Shown piece after piece: positions 13,301 to 27,900 of a stretch of 64,000 bases of DNA; the first letter of the stretch is position 1; every line of letters starts with the position of its first letter. Made by a program: the position numbers and the translations under genes. The notes below the pieces were generated by a model that had not been told where the DNA came from, searched no databases, and saw nothing but the letters and a program-made list of their open reading frames with translations. This stretch comes from Lingula anatina (Eukaryota; Animalia; Brachiopoda), in contig CM120643.1 of the NCBI GenBank assembly GCA_051362555.1, positions 11,630,644-11,694,643 on the forward strand. Reading direction: 5' to 3'.

Positions 13301-15677
13301 CAATAATAGAAGAGGGCTCTATGGTAGTAATACTTGTAGTTCATGCTGAAAAATTTTATGACTCTTCATAATCTCTCTTTTATCAGTTATCATGGGACTG
13401 TTGTCACATATAAATGCTTTAATAATAATAATAACCAAATGTTGGTGTGATGAATTTCAAAACTTAAGATTGGTCTACTTCTGTCTGGCATGAATTTGAA
13501 GTTGGTCATTAACAAATGTAACTTTTGTTTTGAAACAGTTGCCATTTGTGTGTCATGTTCTGTTATATTATAGGAACAGTATTGTATCTTTGGACAATTA
13601 TATTCTTAAAGTAGACCAAGCTTAGGTCTAAAGTCTTTATGACACAAGTCCCACTAAACCATGCTGGGTGCATTGACAGTAAATCTATGAAACTAAGTAG
13701 TTTGAACCAACTCCATGGGGACTCTAGCTGAATACTATCAGATTAACACGTCCTTTCTGGAATAGAATACCGAAAACTGTTGCTTATAATATACTAGTGG
13801 TGTGCTGAGCTTTCTTTATACAGTGAGAGTCCCCAGGGAGTTAGTTTCATTGTGAATGTACCTAATGTATTTTTGCCTGATAATATTCCATCAAATCTTA
13901 AGAAATAACTTAATATTATGAAAATAGCTATTAGATTCAGACCATAAAATTAATTGATAATGATATGGATTTTGGGGGCAAAATTACACAATTACTTCAA
14001 TTACTTCAGTATCAATATTCCAAAATGTAAAAACAGACTCCTTATCTCTAACATTGCCAAAAATCCTTTGAAAAGATAATGACTAAAAGATATTAAAAAC
14101 TGATTTTTCTAAATGATTAATCAATTAAAGAAGAATTTTCATATTGTATATACATACGTTTGTGTACAGTTTTGGTAACTTGTGTGCATTGATATTTGTG
14201 TGTGTGTGAACATTTGTGTGTTTTTGTTTGTAAAATATGTGTATAGTATAAAAAATAGAGAGAGAGAGTACATGCACACGTGTGTAAATAAAAAATGGAT
14301 GAGTACAGATAAATGAGAAAGGATAAGATGAATGAAAATACATATGACCTGTCAGTGTATGAGATTGACTGTTATTCCAGTCATTTGCCTAATGCTGGTA
14401 TGAGTTCTTACCAAACAGATGGCTGTAAAGTTTTCCAGATAAGATAATGAGGGCATTTACTTAACTCTTTTCCAGGATAAATAAACTTGAATACTTGTAT
14501 TGGCAAGATCAAACCAGACTGCATGCTGTTTCCTCCTTATACCAAAGATTACACAAAAATGAACCAAGTTATTTTTTAAATACTGTTTATAATCAGCTTA
14601 TACAAGTTCATTTAGATATTATTATTTAATGCATAAATAGCAGAAGCTCTTATGGTTGTAATGAGTGTTATTACAGGCAAGGAGTACCAGGTTCGAGGTG
14701 AGTACATGCAACTTTTTTTTTGGAAATGATTACCGGCACATGTGCCTTCAAACAGTAATAGCAGAGAACACCAAACGCCAGAATGCTGAAAGAAAATGAA
14801 AAAATTTAGAAAGTCACAATCTCCATGAGATATTATTTGCTGAAAAGTACCAAGATTTGCTACTGTGACCTTGTTGACAGATTTCAAATCAAGCGTAGAC
14901 CACAGATGATTTAAGATGGTCAACGCAGCTCTTGAGTTCAGCGCCCCGATGCTCTCAACAGCCTACATGATCTATAAAAAACTTTTCTATCATCAGTTCT
15001 TTGCGAGGAGATTGATCTTGACTGGCATTGATTGCAGACAATTACAGGTATGTCTGTCTGGTGAATATATTTGATTTGTTCACACCACTAGGCTGTGTTA
15101 TTTACAGTCATGAGACGATCACTTGTTCCATTCGTGATAAAGGTCGGGTCAGAGGTCAGGTCAGGTCATTCTGCACCCTGAGTTACAAGGTGCTTTCCCA
15201 TCAGTTCCTTTGGGATCCTAGCTAACAGTGTCACAAAACTGCCAATTGCAGTAATAACTAGAAATCAAAGCACAAGGAGAGCACAGACCTCTGTCATGGC
15301 AGCTTGGTGCTCTTTATTATTTGACGGATCTCTACCGAAAGTTAATCATTTCTGAAAAAGCCCATTTCTAACCTATCCTGAAAAATAAATAAAAAAATCT
15401 TGATACATTTTTCAGCTAGGATGTTAAATATCCAACAAACAAATGTTAAAAACAGAGACAAAATATAGCATTCTTTGCAGAGATAATAATGGTTATATTT
15501 ATGATTATAACACTTGTGCCCTAGCATGTACTGATGAAAATGTACAGCTTTACAGGTACAACTACAATATGATGACACTAGCTAGACTACTGGCACGATA
15601 AGGTGACACGAGACCATGTAACCCCATTTGTGCAATCCCTCGGTAATCTGGGAGTTAAGTTTTCAGCAGAATGAACT

Positions 15678-15709
<32 letters not shown>

Positions 15710-18700
15710 AGAACAAAGAGGGTTGATATATAGATTATAGATGGTGATCACCAAACAAAACCATGAAGTTCGTGTTGGAACAGGCTAGGAGGGTATAAAA
15801 CTAGCAAAAAGATCAGTTAATTGTACCACCAGCGTAGGCGCTGGCGGTACACATGGTTTTAGTCCCGACCCGTATGTTCCGCCGGCTCCTGCGGCTCCGC
15901 CGGCTCCTGCGGCTCCTGCGGCTCCGCCGCCAAGTCACCGTTACCGCTTCTCCTCCTAGACGGTAAGGGCCTCCATACCCATCTCTTGGATTTAGGTCAC
16001 CTATAATCTCAACTCGTTCCACGTAAAATTTGGGCTTTGTCGGTATTGGGGTCTAGGTGTGGCACTCATTGCAATGCAACCTTGTCCAAAAATGGCAAAA
16101 TTAAATGCTAATTATCGCCCCTACAGAAGGAATTATGGGAAAAATTTCTACAGACAGCTTTCCAAAAGTCATATGTGTAGATTTCAAATATGCCCTTGGA
16201 TTTGACCTTTGACCTTTATTTTAAGGTCAAACGGGCCAAAATTTTAAAAAAAAACAAAATTTTTGCCGAAAAAAAAATTATTTGCGGTCTTATTCAGACA
16301 CCACACAGACTTAACTAATAATATTAATGGAAAGTGTTACCCTTCAGGTCATCTTTCATCTCCGTGAATTTGGGGTCAATCGGTGCATTTTCACGGGAGT
16401 AGCGGCCATAAGATATCAAAACTGAAAACTGTCTCTAATTCGGGAACCGTTAATGCTAGACACCCATTCTTTTTTGCATTTTGTAGAGCATGTAAAGCCC
16501 AACACTGGAGGTGGTCTCCGTTTTTTTGTATTCCATAGGGTTTTCGAGTTACGCTGTATCAAAAAGTACATATTGGTGGTGAAAGCAAAATGTGCAGTAC
16601 GGTAATGGATAATAAATTTTGAACTCCGGAAAATAAAACATAAGGCTTGGCAAAGCAGACAACTTGTGGTCAAAAATGACATTATTTCATCAAATTTGAA
16701 CATCTGGAACTTCAGAGCACCTCCCATTTCAGGAATTTTGACCAAAATGACCTTTTCTTTATTTTAATTAATTTTTTTTGTAGGAAATTTATGGCACATT
16801 ATGGTAACTCCAAAATTATAACATTTAGTCCCTTATATCTCCAAAACTGGCAGAGATAGGTCCATAGTTACTATTGAACTTGAATAGGAAGTCATACACT
16901 GGCAATCTAAATGTGACCTTAAAATTGACCTTTGACCTGCTTTTCACCATGAACTGAACTTTGCAAATTTTGCTTCCTTTTTATCTCCAAAACTGGCAGA
17001 GATAGGTCCATAGTTTCTATTGAACTTGAATAGGAAGTCATATACTGGCAATCTACATGTGACCTTAAAATTGACCTTTGACCTACTTTTCACCATGAAC
17101 TGAACTTTGCAAATTTTGATCCCCTTTTATCTCCAAAACTGGCAGAGATAGGTCCATAGTCTCTATTGAAGTTGAATAGGAAGTCATATACTGGCAATCT
17201 AAAAGTGACCTTAAAATTGACCTTTGACCTACTTTTCACCATGAACTGAACTTTGCAAATTTTGCTTCCTTTTTATCTCCAAAACTGGCAGAGATAGGTC
17301 CATAGTTTCTATTGAACTTGAATAGGAAGTCATATACTGGCAATCTACATGTGACCTTAAAATTGACCTTTGACCTACTTCTCACCATGAACTGAACTTT
17401 GCAAATTTTGATTCCCTTTTATCTCCAAAACTGGCAGAGATAGGTCCATAGTCTCTATTGAAGTTGAATAGGAAGTCATATACTGGCAATCTAAAAGTGA
17501 CCTTAAAATTGACCTTTGACCTACTTTTCACCATGAACTGAACTTTGCATAGTTAGCTTCCCCTTTATCTCCAAAACTGGCAGAGATAGGTCCATAGTTA
17601 CTATTGAACGTGAATAGGAAGTCATATACTGGCAATCTAAGTGTGACCTTGAAATTGACCTTTGACCTACTTATTATCATGAACTGAACTCTGCTAATTT
17701 CTTTCTCTTTTAACTCCAAACCTGGCAGAGATAGGCCCATAGTTACTATTGAAGTTGAATAGGAAGTCATATACTGGCAATTTACTGTGACCTTGGAATT
17801 GACCTTTGACCTACCTTGCGATGAACTTAACTTTGATTGTACCATTTTTAGTAATATATATATTTTTTGCATATTTTGAAAATTCTTGTTGATTGCATTT
17901 TTACAGCTTGTCAAGCACAAGACTGGTGGCTGTGTTCCTTATTTTGTATATGTGGGGGTCTATATGAATGCGCTTGCTCCAGCTGGTGGTACAATATTCG
18001 GAGGCGGTATCGCCTCTCTGATCCTCTAGTTTTATTTTTGGAGAGAGGGGAGAGGCAAATGATGGTATTTACGAAATTGAAAATCAATTAATATTTAGTA
18101 CTAAAAAAATATCAAATGCATGGTTATTGAAACTTTGACCTTTTTGTTGGATCTCTTAATTTCTTAATTACTGGAAAGTAGCATTTTAAAATATTTAATT
18201 AATCCTCCTCCCATAAGAAGACCTCAGCACTGGGTGGCTATAGAGTACGCCTACAGGTTTTTTTTTTAAATTCTTTCTGCTTGGTTTGTCATACAGTATC
18301 AGATGTTGACTGCCTGCAATGCTCGGATGATCAGTTAAAGATTGCAAATATTAGGTAAAATATTAAGATGAGGTCTGTTTGCCTTCTGCATGTCTCTGAG
18401 TTATTATGAAATGTATATAAATAGCTTTCAGTTACAGTTACTGCATGCGATCCATGCAGTCATGAAGAGCACGGTGGTTTAAAGAACAATGGCAATTTCA
18501 GAAAAAGATAAATGCGGTTTGTTCTCTGTGGGAGGTAGGTATAGGTTATAACACAATTTCAGTTCTAGAAATATGAGAATCATACAGCTTCATTAGTATA
18601 ATGACAGATATTTTTATCTCTCGCCTGGGGATTTGTCTATCCTGTTGCCTCATTAATCTTTTTTCCTCTTTCTATATTTTTTGATTTGCTCTGATTCTGG

Positions 18701-21700
18701 GAAGTACAAGAACGGGTGAGATTATAGATCCATTTGTTACGATAAAGGGTTTACCATTGAGTAGGACTGACTGCTACATTTTGAACAAAACAATGTTGAT
18801 ATTAGAATGACTAAATGTTTGGAAAAGTTCACTAAGTTGTCTTTATTTGACATCATTTTTCCATTTTTTTTCCTATGAATTGAATTATTTATTAAAAATT
18901 GTTACGGAGTTTTATTGTGAGAAAATTTTTTCCTTTATATATTATTAGCTCCTTTTTTTGCTGCTGAAATAACGTAAATGTACAGTATTCTGTTTTCACT
19001 TTTTTTTTAGGAAAAATAGGCAATATTGTTATAATATTTTTAAATTGATCTATAAGATCCAGTTCTGATCCACACAAGATGCTTTATCCCATAGTTATTT
19101 ACTCATTTGTGTGAGTGGCTCTTGGTTTAGTCGTAGACTGTAATATTTTCCTAGAAAATGAAGTTGTTGTTTTTTCTATCAAATTGTATTTTTTTTTTCA
19201 GAGATGATCATCTTAAACAAATCAGAAAATTTCTTGTTACACTGAAAATATTTTTTTTTCCAAAAGGAAAAAGCAATATCTCAAAAGAATTCGAACATTT
19301 TTGGTAGGGAATTGAACGGCATGGCTATATTAAGCCTCTACTTTTATAAGTGTCATTATTTCTCAGACGGAAACACAGTTATTGATCAAGACAGTTCAAT
19401 CATTTTATGTTTCCTAGAACCCCACATTGCACAGAGATGTTATCCTTATGTATACATAGTACGAGTCATCATTGTTTGAGCTCAAGGAAATCTCTATAAT
19501 CACAGTACCCCAAAATCCATTTTTCAAAAATCCTAATATTTATTCCTTACTAAAAGATTTGTACATTATTCTGTCTATTCAGGTCTTTAAATTATTTAAT
19601 ATTTCTGTTATGAGGGTTATCTTTCTTGCAAAGTTGAGTATAATTATCATTCTTCAACCTGGTTTCACAATAGATAGATTTCCTGATCCAAAGTTTTCCA
19701 TTCCCAACAAATTTAAGAGATATTTTTAAAACCAGATGCCTCAATTATTTATTTAGTAAATTTCAAATGATCAAAGCAATTATTGTATTGTGCTTTAAAT
19801 TGACATCATATATTGTTCTGAGTTCAGGGCCTTGTGAATTAATCTAGCACAGTAAACACTCTGCCTGAATCAATACACTCGATGAATATATTGTCGCAGA
19901 TGATCAATCATGGATACCAAATATGATTTAGTTGATGCCGAACGGTGAATGGCCAATCACACAGACTCCCGTATCCACTTCATTGCCTGCTCGGCATAGT
20001 CTTTGTAGGGAGAACTATTGACTACCATGATATTAATGTGACCCCAAATACTCCTACTACTCTGCATCATAATAATAGTAGGAGGACTAAATTGATGTAC
20101 GATAGGCTGGCAGGCTGGTTGGTTGGTTGGTCGCTCTTCCCACAACGGAAACACGCATACTGCTTACTCTGTTTGTTTCTCGGCATTGCTGTCGTGTTCT
20201 GTTCAGAGAGCAGTACATGATCATCATCTAGGACAGACAACTCAGAACAGTCCAGATGGGGAAAGGTAGATATATAGATATAATGTATGTTTTTGATTGA
20301 TTTGGTACCATTATGTCTTTCTGAATATGTCATTTGTTAATGTATTCAGTCAGTGCTCTCATAATGATCAAGTCACACACTTAGAGTGTCGATATAATTT
20401 ATTTAATTGAAAGATGAAATCCATGTCCTCAAGTTCAGCAAAAACTTCCTGAAATCTGTTGCTGTTGTCTATCTCATGGTGAATTATTTCTTTACCAGAG
20501 AAGTATTTTATGATTTGTTTTTGGAACCCAAGTCGTAGATTGCTTTTGCTGGGACAAGAATATGAGAGATTGTAGTTATTTTGATGGACCTGCTACTTTA
20601 ATTTTTTGCTTAGATCATTTTGATAAATAGATAAGTCTGTTTGTAATTCAAAGTTATTCTGTTGCCCGATTTTAAGCTAGCAATTTCTTGTTAAGGGACA
20701 TTTGTACTTAAATTTTGTATTTCTATAGAGCTATGTTATAAAGACACTTGGGGAGGGTTGTGTCATTTTCATATCATATTTATCAATCAGGTATAGATAT
20801 ATTTTTGTAGGGTTTTAGATGGGCTAAGTATGATCTGACATTTGATGCATTTGTGTGTGTTTAAATTAGGAATAATAAAAAATAACCCATTTAATTGATG
20901 TCTTTGTTTGACATCATTACATGATACCAGTTAAAATTTTTTGACTAATTTTTTGGCGAGGACCCATAGTATGTTCTACATGTAGTTTATAGTGAATGCA
21001 CACATTGACTGTTAATAAATGTTTGTACAGACTAGAACTATTTCTGTAAAGTAGAAATAGTTCTGCTTTGCTGGTACTTTTTACTACACCCTTTGGATTG
21101 GAATTAACAATATTAGGTCAGTATGTTGGATTTTAAGAGGAAAAAAAACCCACTGGATTTCTATCTCTGTATTAGTTTGCATGACAGTTGTTATAGGTTG
21201 AAGTTGATTGATGTCTTGATGCCAAGTGCTTTGGTAGACAGATTGCTTGTTTGCTGTACCAAGTAGAGAGAGTTGTTGACAAATACATATATACACCACC
21301 TATTGGAAATCAATAAGGAGTTGTGGCTTGAAAAGGGCACAGTTTAGTTAAGTAATGGATTTGATGTAGATGCCGATCTGGTCAGAAGTTTAAAGTTTTC
21401 CCCAAATGACATAAGATTTTGGTCTTTCACTTTCTGTTAATTTACTGCTAAAGTTTAGAAGACAATGCAAGTTGAATTATGTAATCTGATGGTGAATCTA
21501 ACCTATAAGCGACAATGATATACAATGTTTTATTTTATTTTATTTTATTTCATTTTATTTATTTATTTTTTTTAAAGTTGATTAATATTTGCCAAAAGGA
21601 ACCAATATTTTGTGGTAAAGGCAAGTCTTCAGAACTAAATTTTTTTGTTTCACACACACACACGTCAGTTTGAGACTGCTGTTTATAACAACTGACAAGT

Positions 21701-23546
21701 CATCAGGAAAAACAACCTTAACATCTTTTATTCCAGTGTGAATCTAAAATCAGACAAGAGTGAGAGGCCAATAACTTCTGAAGTGCTCGTTCATTCATTC
21801 ATTTAGTCACACATTTACTGACACATGAATAATTGAGTTGTTTTTGCGCAGACTTGGATACGCCCCCTGTGTGTCGCACCTTGTGAGACATACAAACAGA
21901 AAGCATCATCTGTTATATATCTAAACAGCGGTGATGATGTGTTTACATTATTTATTACTAAGGAGAAAACATTTTAGCAGATAAAAGGTGTGATACAGTG
22001 AAAAAAAGTGGGTGAGTGGGTGGGGGGGGGGGGGGGAGGTAACGTGCAGCAACAGTCTGAAAATACAAAAATAAGAAGAAATTAAAATTCTCCAAACCTT
22101 TCATAATATTTGAAGTTTGAAGCAAAACTGTTACCATGTTTATACTTTTAAACAAAAAATATAAAAATAGGTAATTTTTTTTTTGATAAAATGGTTTACC
22201 AATTTATTCTTAAACAACAACAACAACAGCAAAAAAAACTTGGGCAAAAGTCACCTCGGTCCAACCTGCACCAGTTCATCTGGCTTCAGCCATGAACTTC
22301 AAATCACACATTGTCAACAGTCAATCAATTAAAAAAGGTCTCAGGTTTTTTCAGAATCAATAACCACATCCTGTGATTAATGACGTTTCTGTTTGTAGAG
22401 GTGAGTAGAGTCCAATGCCACCTTGTGCTGATTTTTAGGACTAATCAATTTTTAGTGAAATGACATTACTGTTCCTTAGGTTATCAACATGGAAATATGG
22501 GTGTCAATATTTATTCATTAGTTATTCATTTAAATCTTTATAATAAATATGGATGTAAATGTAGAAGATAATGAAAGTGGTGCAAGGTTGGCAGTTAAAA
22601 AAGTGAAGTGCTTAGATTTGTTGTTTGTCAGACTAAAAGCAGGTTTAGTGTATGTAGGACATTTTTATTTACAAAAATTTATAGCTGGGTGTATGTGTAT
22701 ATGTAGGATTGTCAATTTCTCTTCTTTCATTGAACAAACTTACTGATGACAAATAAATATGGTCAGAAAGGAATATGCTGGTCTTAATATTTAGACCACT
22801 GCCTTTTGTATTATGACCTGCAATGCTGCCGTGTTAATTTAATGAATGTTATGTAGGCTTAGTAGATTTATGGAATGTATTATGTTCAAGGTCTCAGACA
22901 GTGGATGATTTAGCATATTGAATTTATTTTCAATAAAAGCTTTAGAAATGGTTGTCAAAATGCTAGATGACAGTTCTGCAACCTTCCTGTTCATCTTTGC
23001 TTGCTGGGACAATGTAAATAACATTGGGTAAGTGCCATTTTAAGCCCTGATGATTTTTAAAATGACTTTTCAGAAGAGTGAACATTGTATTAAATAAGAG
23101 AGATCTCATGTAGTAGGTTTTTATGTGCCCTATTTCACCTTCCTTGACTTTAGTTGTTGTTGAACAAAGTGATAATTAAGACCTTGGGATTTGTCAGGTT
23201 CCAAGAAAAGCTCTTGTTTATGTCATGAAGCGTACAGCCTGTTTTGCCCTCCAACTGCAAGTCATGCTAATTATTTAGTAAACAACATATGACGTCAAGC
23301 TGGCGTGGTAATGATGTTAATTGTCCTTTGACATTGTTCAAGTTCAGTTACGGTTATGCTGTGCTACTCCCTATGGGATTGTGGGATTGTAACATAGCTA
23401 AGAATTTATACCTAAATTTAGTTGACTGATTGACCAGATTCATGCTATTAAATTAACAGCAACACAAGCTGTAGGAGGTCTCTGTGTTATGAAATGAAGT
23501 TTTTGAGCAGTGTTATCTGGCAGGGTGAGTTAGCTTAATGCCATTT

Positions 23547-23594
<48 letters not shown>

Positions 23595-24865
23595 ATGCAG
23601 GTTTACTTGCATGTGAGAAATTTAATAGTAAAGGAAATTATTGCATTGGGTACCATATGTGGTTGTTGATATATGGTATTGAGCCAATCTTTTCAGTGGG
23701 GAAAATTGTGAATTTAACAGATACTGTATTTTTTCCAGTCATAAGTGCTTAAAAGCTAAGGTAGAATATTCCTTTTGAGTTGCAGCAATAAAATTGAAAA
23801 ACAGGCTACCTTATACCGTAATTCCATTTTATACAATTAAAGCACAACATATGCAATATAGGAATATATTTTCTTTGATTTTAAAATTTAACATCAGAAT
23901 GATTGATAATTTTCCCCATGAAAAAGATCCAAGTCATTACGGTGTGTGTGTGTGTGCGTGTGTTTGTATGTGTGTGTGTGCATGTGTGCATTGATCTAAG
24001 TGAAGATATGAGAGAAGAGTAGTTATATATATATATATATATATAGCATGTATAGGTCAATCACCTGTTAGGTCAGATTCTCTCCTGTGGTGCTCTTGTA
24101 TTCATACCTGCCATATCAAGGACAGCTGGGGGTAAAAGTATCAGGTGTGAAAGGTATAGAAAATAGCTCTAAGAAAAAAAAATCCATTTCTTTTTATCAG
24201 TCTGTTAATATTGAGGTAATATTTGAATTGAGGTAATAATTCATAGCATATATTAGAGCGACAGTTATAGATGTGACTGACACTGGTTAGATTATACAGT
24301 GGTTTTTTTGGTATTGAAATTGCCTGGGTCTTAAGTTTCCTGGAAAGTGTGCTGCCTGAAGTCAATATACCATGACTCAGTTGTCAGGACATTTGCACCC
24401 TGTGTGTCACTGCATTGGTTTCTATGTTTTAATGAAGTTGCATATACAATATGTAGCTCCACAAAGATTTTTTGCAAAATTAGAAATTTTTGAAATTAAT
24501 AGGTGGATAGGTTTATTTTCGAAAATCAGAAACGGGTAGTTACTACAGTGTATATGTACATTTATCCAGCATAGGTTACAGAAAGGAAATTCATGTGGAG
24601 TTCAATTCACGTGGAAGTACATGTAGCACCTTCATGTTAAGAACAAGGTCAGGGTGCTAGATATTTTTATTAGAATCAATAAAAGGTCACTCTTCTGTGC
24701 CCTTGGTATCTATAGATTGTCACGCCAATGTGGTTATAGCTAGGCGTGTGGTCAGCAGTTTCAAAATAGGGTTCTTTTCTGGAAAAAAAAACTGTACCTT
24801 TGAATCCCTTTAGTCAAGCCAGCTTAAAAAATGGTATTAGATAGGATTCCATTCTTTCAGCCCCC

Positions 24866-24912
<47 letters not shown>

Positions 24913-27900
24913 TTAATACAAGAATATATGCTGGGACAGTATTCCTCTCTGAGCCTCTTACCTTTGTGTACTAAACACAATTAGTGAACATGTATGATAT
25001 TTTTGTGGTAAGAAATTCCTACATTTGTCTTTTACCTGGCCATTTTAAGACTGCCTGTTTTTCATATACAGTTCAGTAATCAAATCATTGTATGAGATTA
25101 TCTGATTCAAGAAGCCTGCCTGCATCCTTCCTAGCTTTGGCTAATATATTCTAAAAATACAGCTATGTAAAAATAACCTTCAATTTCAGTATATGCAGTG
25201 CAACCTGTTATCCTTGTATACACTTTGACTTTTAGGCTCTTGACCCAACTTTTAATAGTGATTATAGTACTTAGTAGAGTTATGCATGATTCTACTAAGT
25301 CTGGTTTTTATCAGTCACTGTGGCTAAAATATCCTGGTTTGGCAGCAAAAAAAGTTACAAATCGAAGATAAATCACCCCTCCCCCTCATTCAGCAAAAAC
25401 TCTTAGATATTCAGCTGAATGCAAGCAGAATCCTATAAGTATTAAAATTGAGGATCCTTTTGCTATGGGACGCTGTTGCTGAATTAAGTCATCGACAAGT
25501 GACCCCAATTATTTAGATGGGTCACCCTGGCTGTGCTGTGGACCAGGCTGGTGCTAAAGTCACTGACTTGTTTAGCCTATCAGTGCAGCTGTACCTGGTG
25601 TTCGGTCCCAATCAGGGCAGCATATGTTGTGTACATAACACCCAGCTGTTTAGGCAGGTAGACTGTAGCATGTGAGAGACGCATGCAGGTACAGTTTATA
25701 CGTACCCTCTTTCTCCACGTATAACAAGCCTTTGTTCATTTCGTTGGGCTGGATAACAAGAAATGTATTCTGTGGCATGTAACTGTTTGACTGTAACTGA
25801 TTGTCTTTGGCCGTGATGTGAGGTCGAGGAGTTCAGGCATCATATAGCTGTACCAGACAGGGTCTGCCGGGACTGGACTACATGAATTCAGGGTGGCTAG
25901 ATGACAAATTGAGATGTAAGTTTTCCTGAATTACAGGGTAAGGGGTATATACATCACTTAAAGGCCATTTTATGTGATAAATTAAGTACTGGTACTAGTG
26001 TGCATGCAAGCACTGAGGGGTGATTTTATACTGGAAGGTTCTTCTAATTTATTTGAAAGCTGAACATTGTGTAGCACTCCTACAGTGAATTCAGGTCTTT
26101 GTGTAATGTGTGTAAGTGCTTAAAACACCTAAATCAAGTGGGAAATTAATTTGACTGGATAACAGTAGCGGGCACTTAATTGAAAGATCATTCCATTGTT
26201 TGTGAAATATGCTTAACATGTAAGACTGGTTGATATGTAAATAGAGCATGTGTGTTGAATCTGTTGATGTCTGGTGACTTGAAATATAATCCCCTCAGCC
26301 AGTCCAAGAGATAGGGATGAAGAATGAAAATCCCTGCCCCTCCAAACATAGTTTTTTTTTTAACCAAATTGTGCAAGGTAAAGTACTAGTAAGTAGAGTA
26401 CATGTAAATAGTGTTTTTTCTTCACCAAGTTAACTGGGATTTAATGCTGGTGTACACCAAGCTGAATGCTCTAAATGAATGTTCTTCATTGAAAGACCAT
26501 GTGGTCTCTATAATTATTCTGCTGTTCTTCATCTAGAGAAGGTGTAGGGTTGTACCTGTGGTTAAAACTGGGCATAATTAGAAAACTTAGCTGTGAATGG
26601 CAGCTTTGTTGAGTCAGTTGGTTATCACTTGTAAGAGAAGTAGTGGTAGTTTGTGGTCTCCGTTCAAGACAAAGGAGAGAGAGAGAGTGAACTGACTCAA
26701 TCAGAGCAGGTGTGGTACAGCTAGTACAGTATACAATTGTACAGTACATAAGCAGAGTAGGAGAACAATGGACGTGCTACAATAGCGAGGACACGGGGAG
26801 GTTACGTGTAAAGCAACCAGACGGGTCTTTGGATTGACTTCTATGTTATTTTCCTTCAGTTTTGAGCAGCATGAAGTCTTCGACTAATAAAAAAGGTATG
26901 GTGTGTATATATAGCATGAGTTACTGGGAATGCTTATATTTGGAAACTCCTAAAGTACACAAATACGAAGAGAGATGAACTACAGTGTATAAGAACCATA
27001 AATAGAAATTAAGTAGAAGTTAAAAGACTGAAAACTGGTCAAAAAAAGAATCTTTCAACCTATCCAGCAAATTTCAGTGTCTTTTGCCATGGATAGTTAA
27101 AGGTGATTAAAAATTGTTCAAAAGGTACGGCTTTGGTAATATAGACAAAGAAAAGAAGAAATAAAACCACTATCGGACTGATTATGATACCAGTATGAAG
27201 AAGATGTAGAGATTGAGGGTCAGAGGTAAACTAGGCAAAGTAACTGAAATAATGTAAGAGTAGATTATAAATAATTAGTACTGTATGTCAGTGAAACATG
27301 CCTTGTTTAAGGATTAGTTTACTTTACATAGAATTAGGATTTACTTAAGCCCTATTTTCCTGATGAGACAGAATTTAATACTCTTAATGGTGAGATACAC
27401 CAGCAATTATAATGAGCTTAGCATCCTTTTGTGCCTTAATTAGTAAAAATAGGCAGTAATTGGCCCACTAAGCGGTGTCTTATTCAGCTGCTGTGGTACA
27501 AATAAGGTGTTTTGAAGGGGCATGCACTGCTTTGTATATAAACCGTCTGTTTTGTAAAAAAAATGTTATGCTGGTTTTATGACAAAACAGTATGAGTCTG
27601 GCTGAATTAAGGCAGTTGGTATTGCTTAAAAATTTTCATTATTTTATATTTGTTATTATTCTTATTTTATTTAATCTTTTTTCTTGGTGGGGGAGGGTTG
27701 TCATACATTGTGATAGGTAGGCTTCCATATGTGCATTACAAAAGGGTGCTGTGCAAATGAAAACCATACGGTGTATGATGTGTCTACTAATTGATTTGAG
27801 CTGGATTTATTTACAAGGCTTTTGTCAGTCTCATTGTGGAAGTCCTGTTTACTAAAAAGTGGAATGGCTAGTTAAAAGAAATGGGAAGGTGAAAAATAGA

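Noticed and set aside
15679-15708. 30-nt poly-G and other G/C runs as functional G-quadruplexes
   Set aside because: Such homopolymers occur throughout the window, some inside MITEs, and show no positional signal.
15813-16022. ORF with RRSRRS repeats (protamine-like)
   Set aside because: It is just the translation of the (cggctcctg)n microsatellite in the HINE-like element.
16830-17830. Regularly spaced repeats as a CRISPR array
   Set aside because: The whole 146-bp unit repeats, there are no unique spacers or cas genes, and the context is eukaryotic.
20207-20265. AG/GT-bounded segment as an NHE cassette exon
   Set aside because: In the required phase 1 it hits TGA after three codons.
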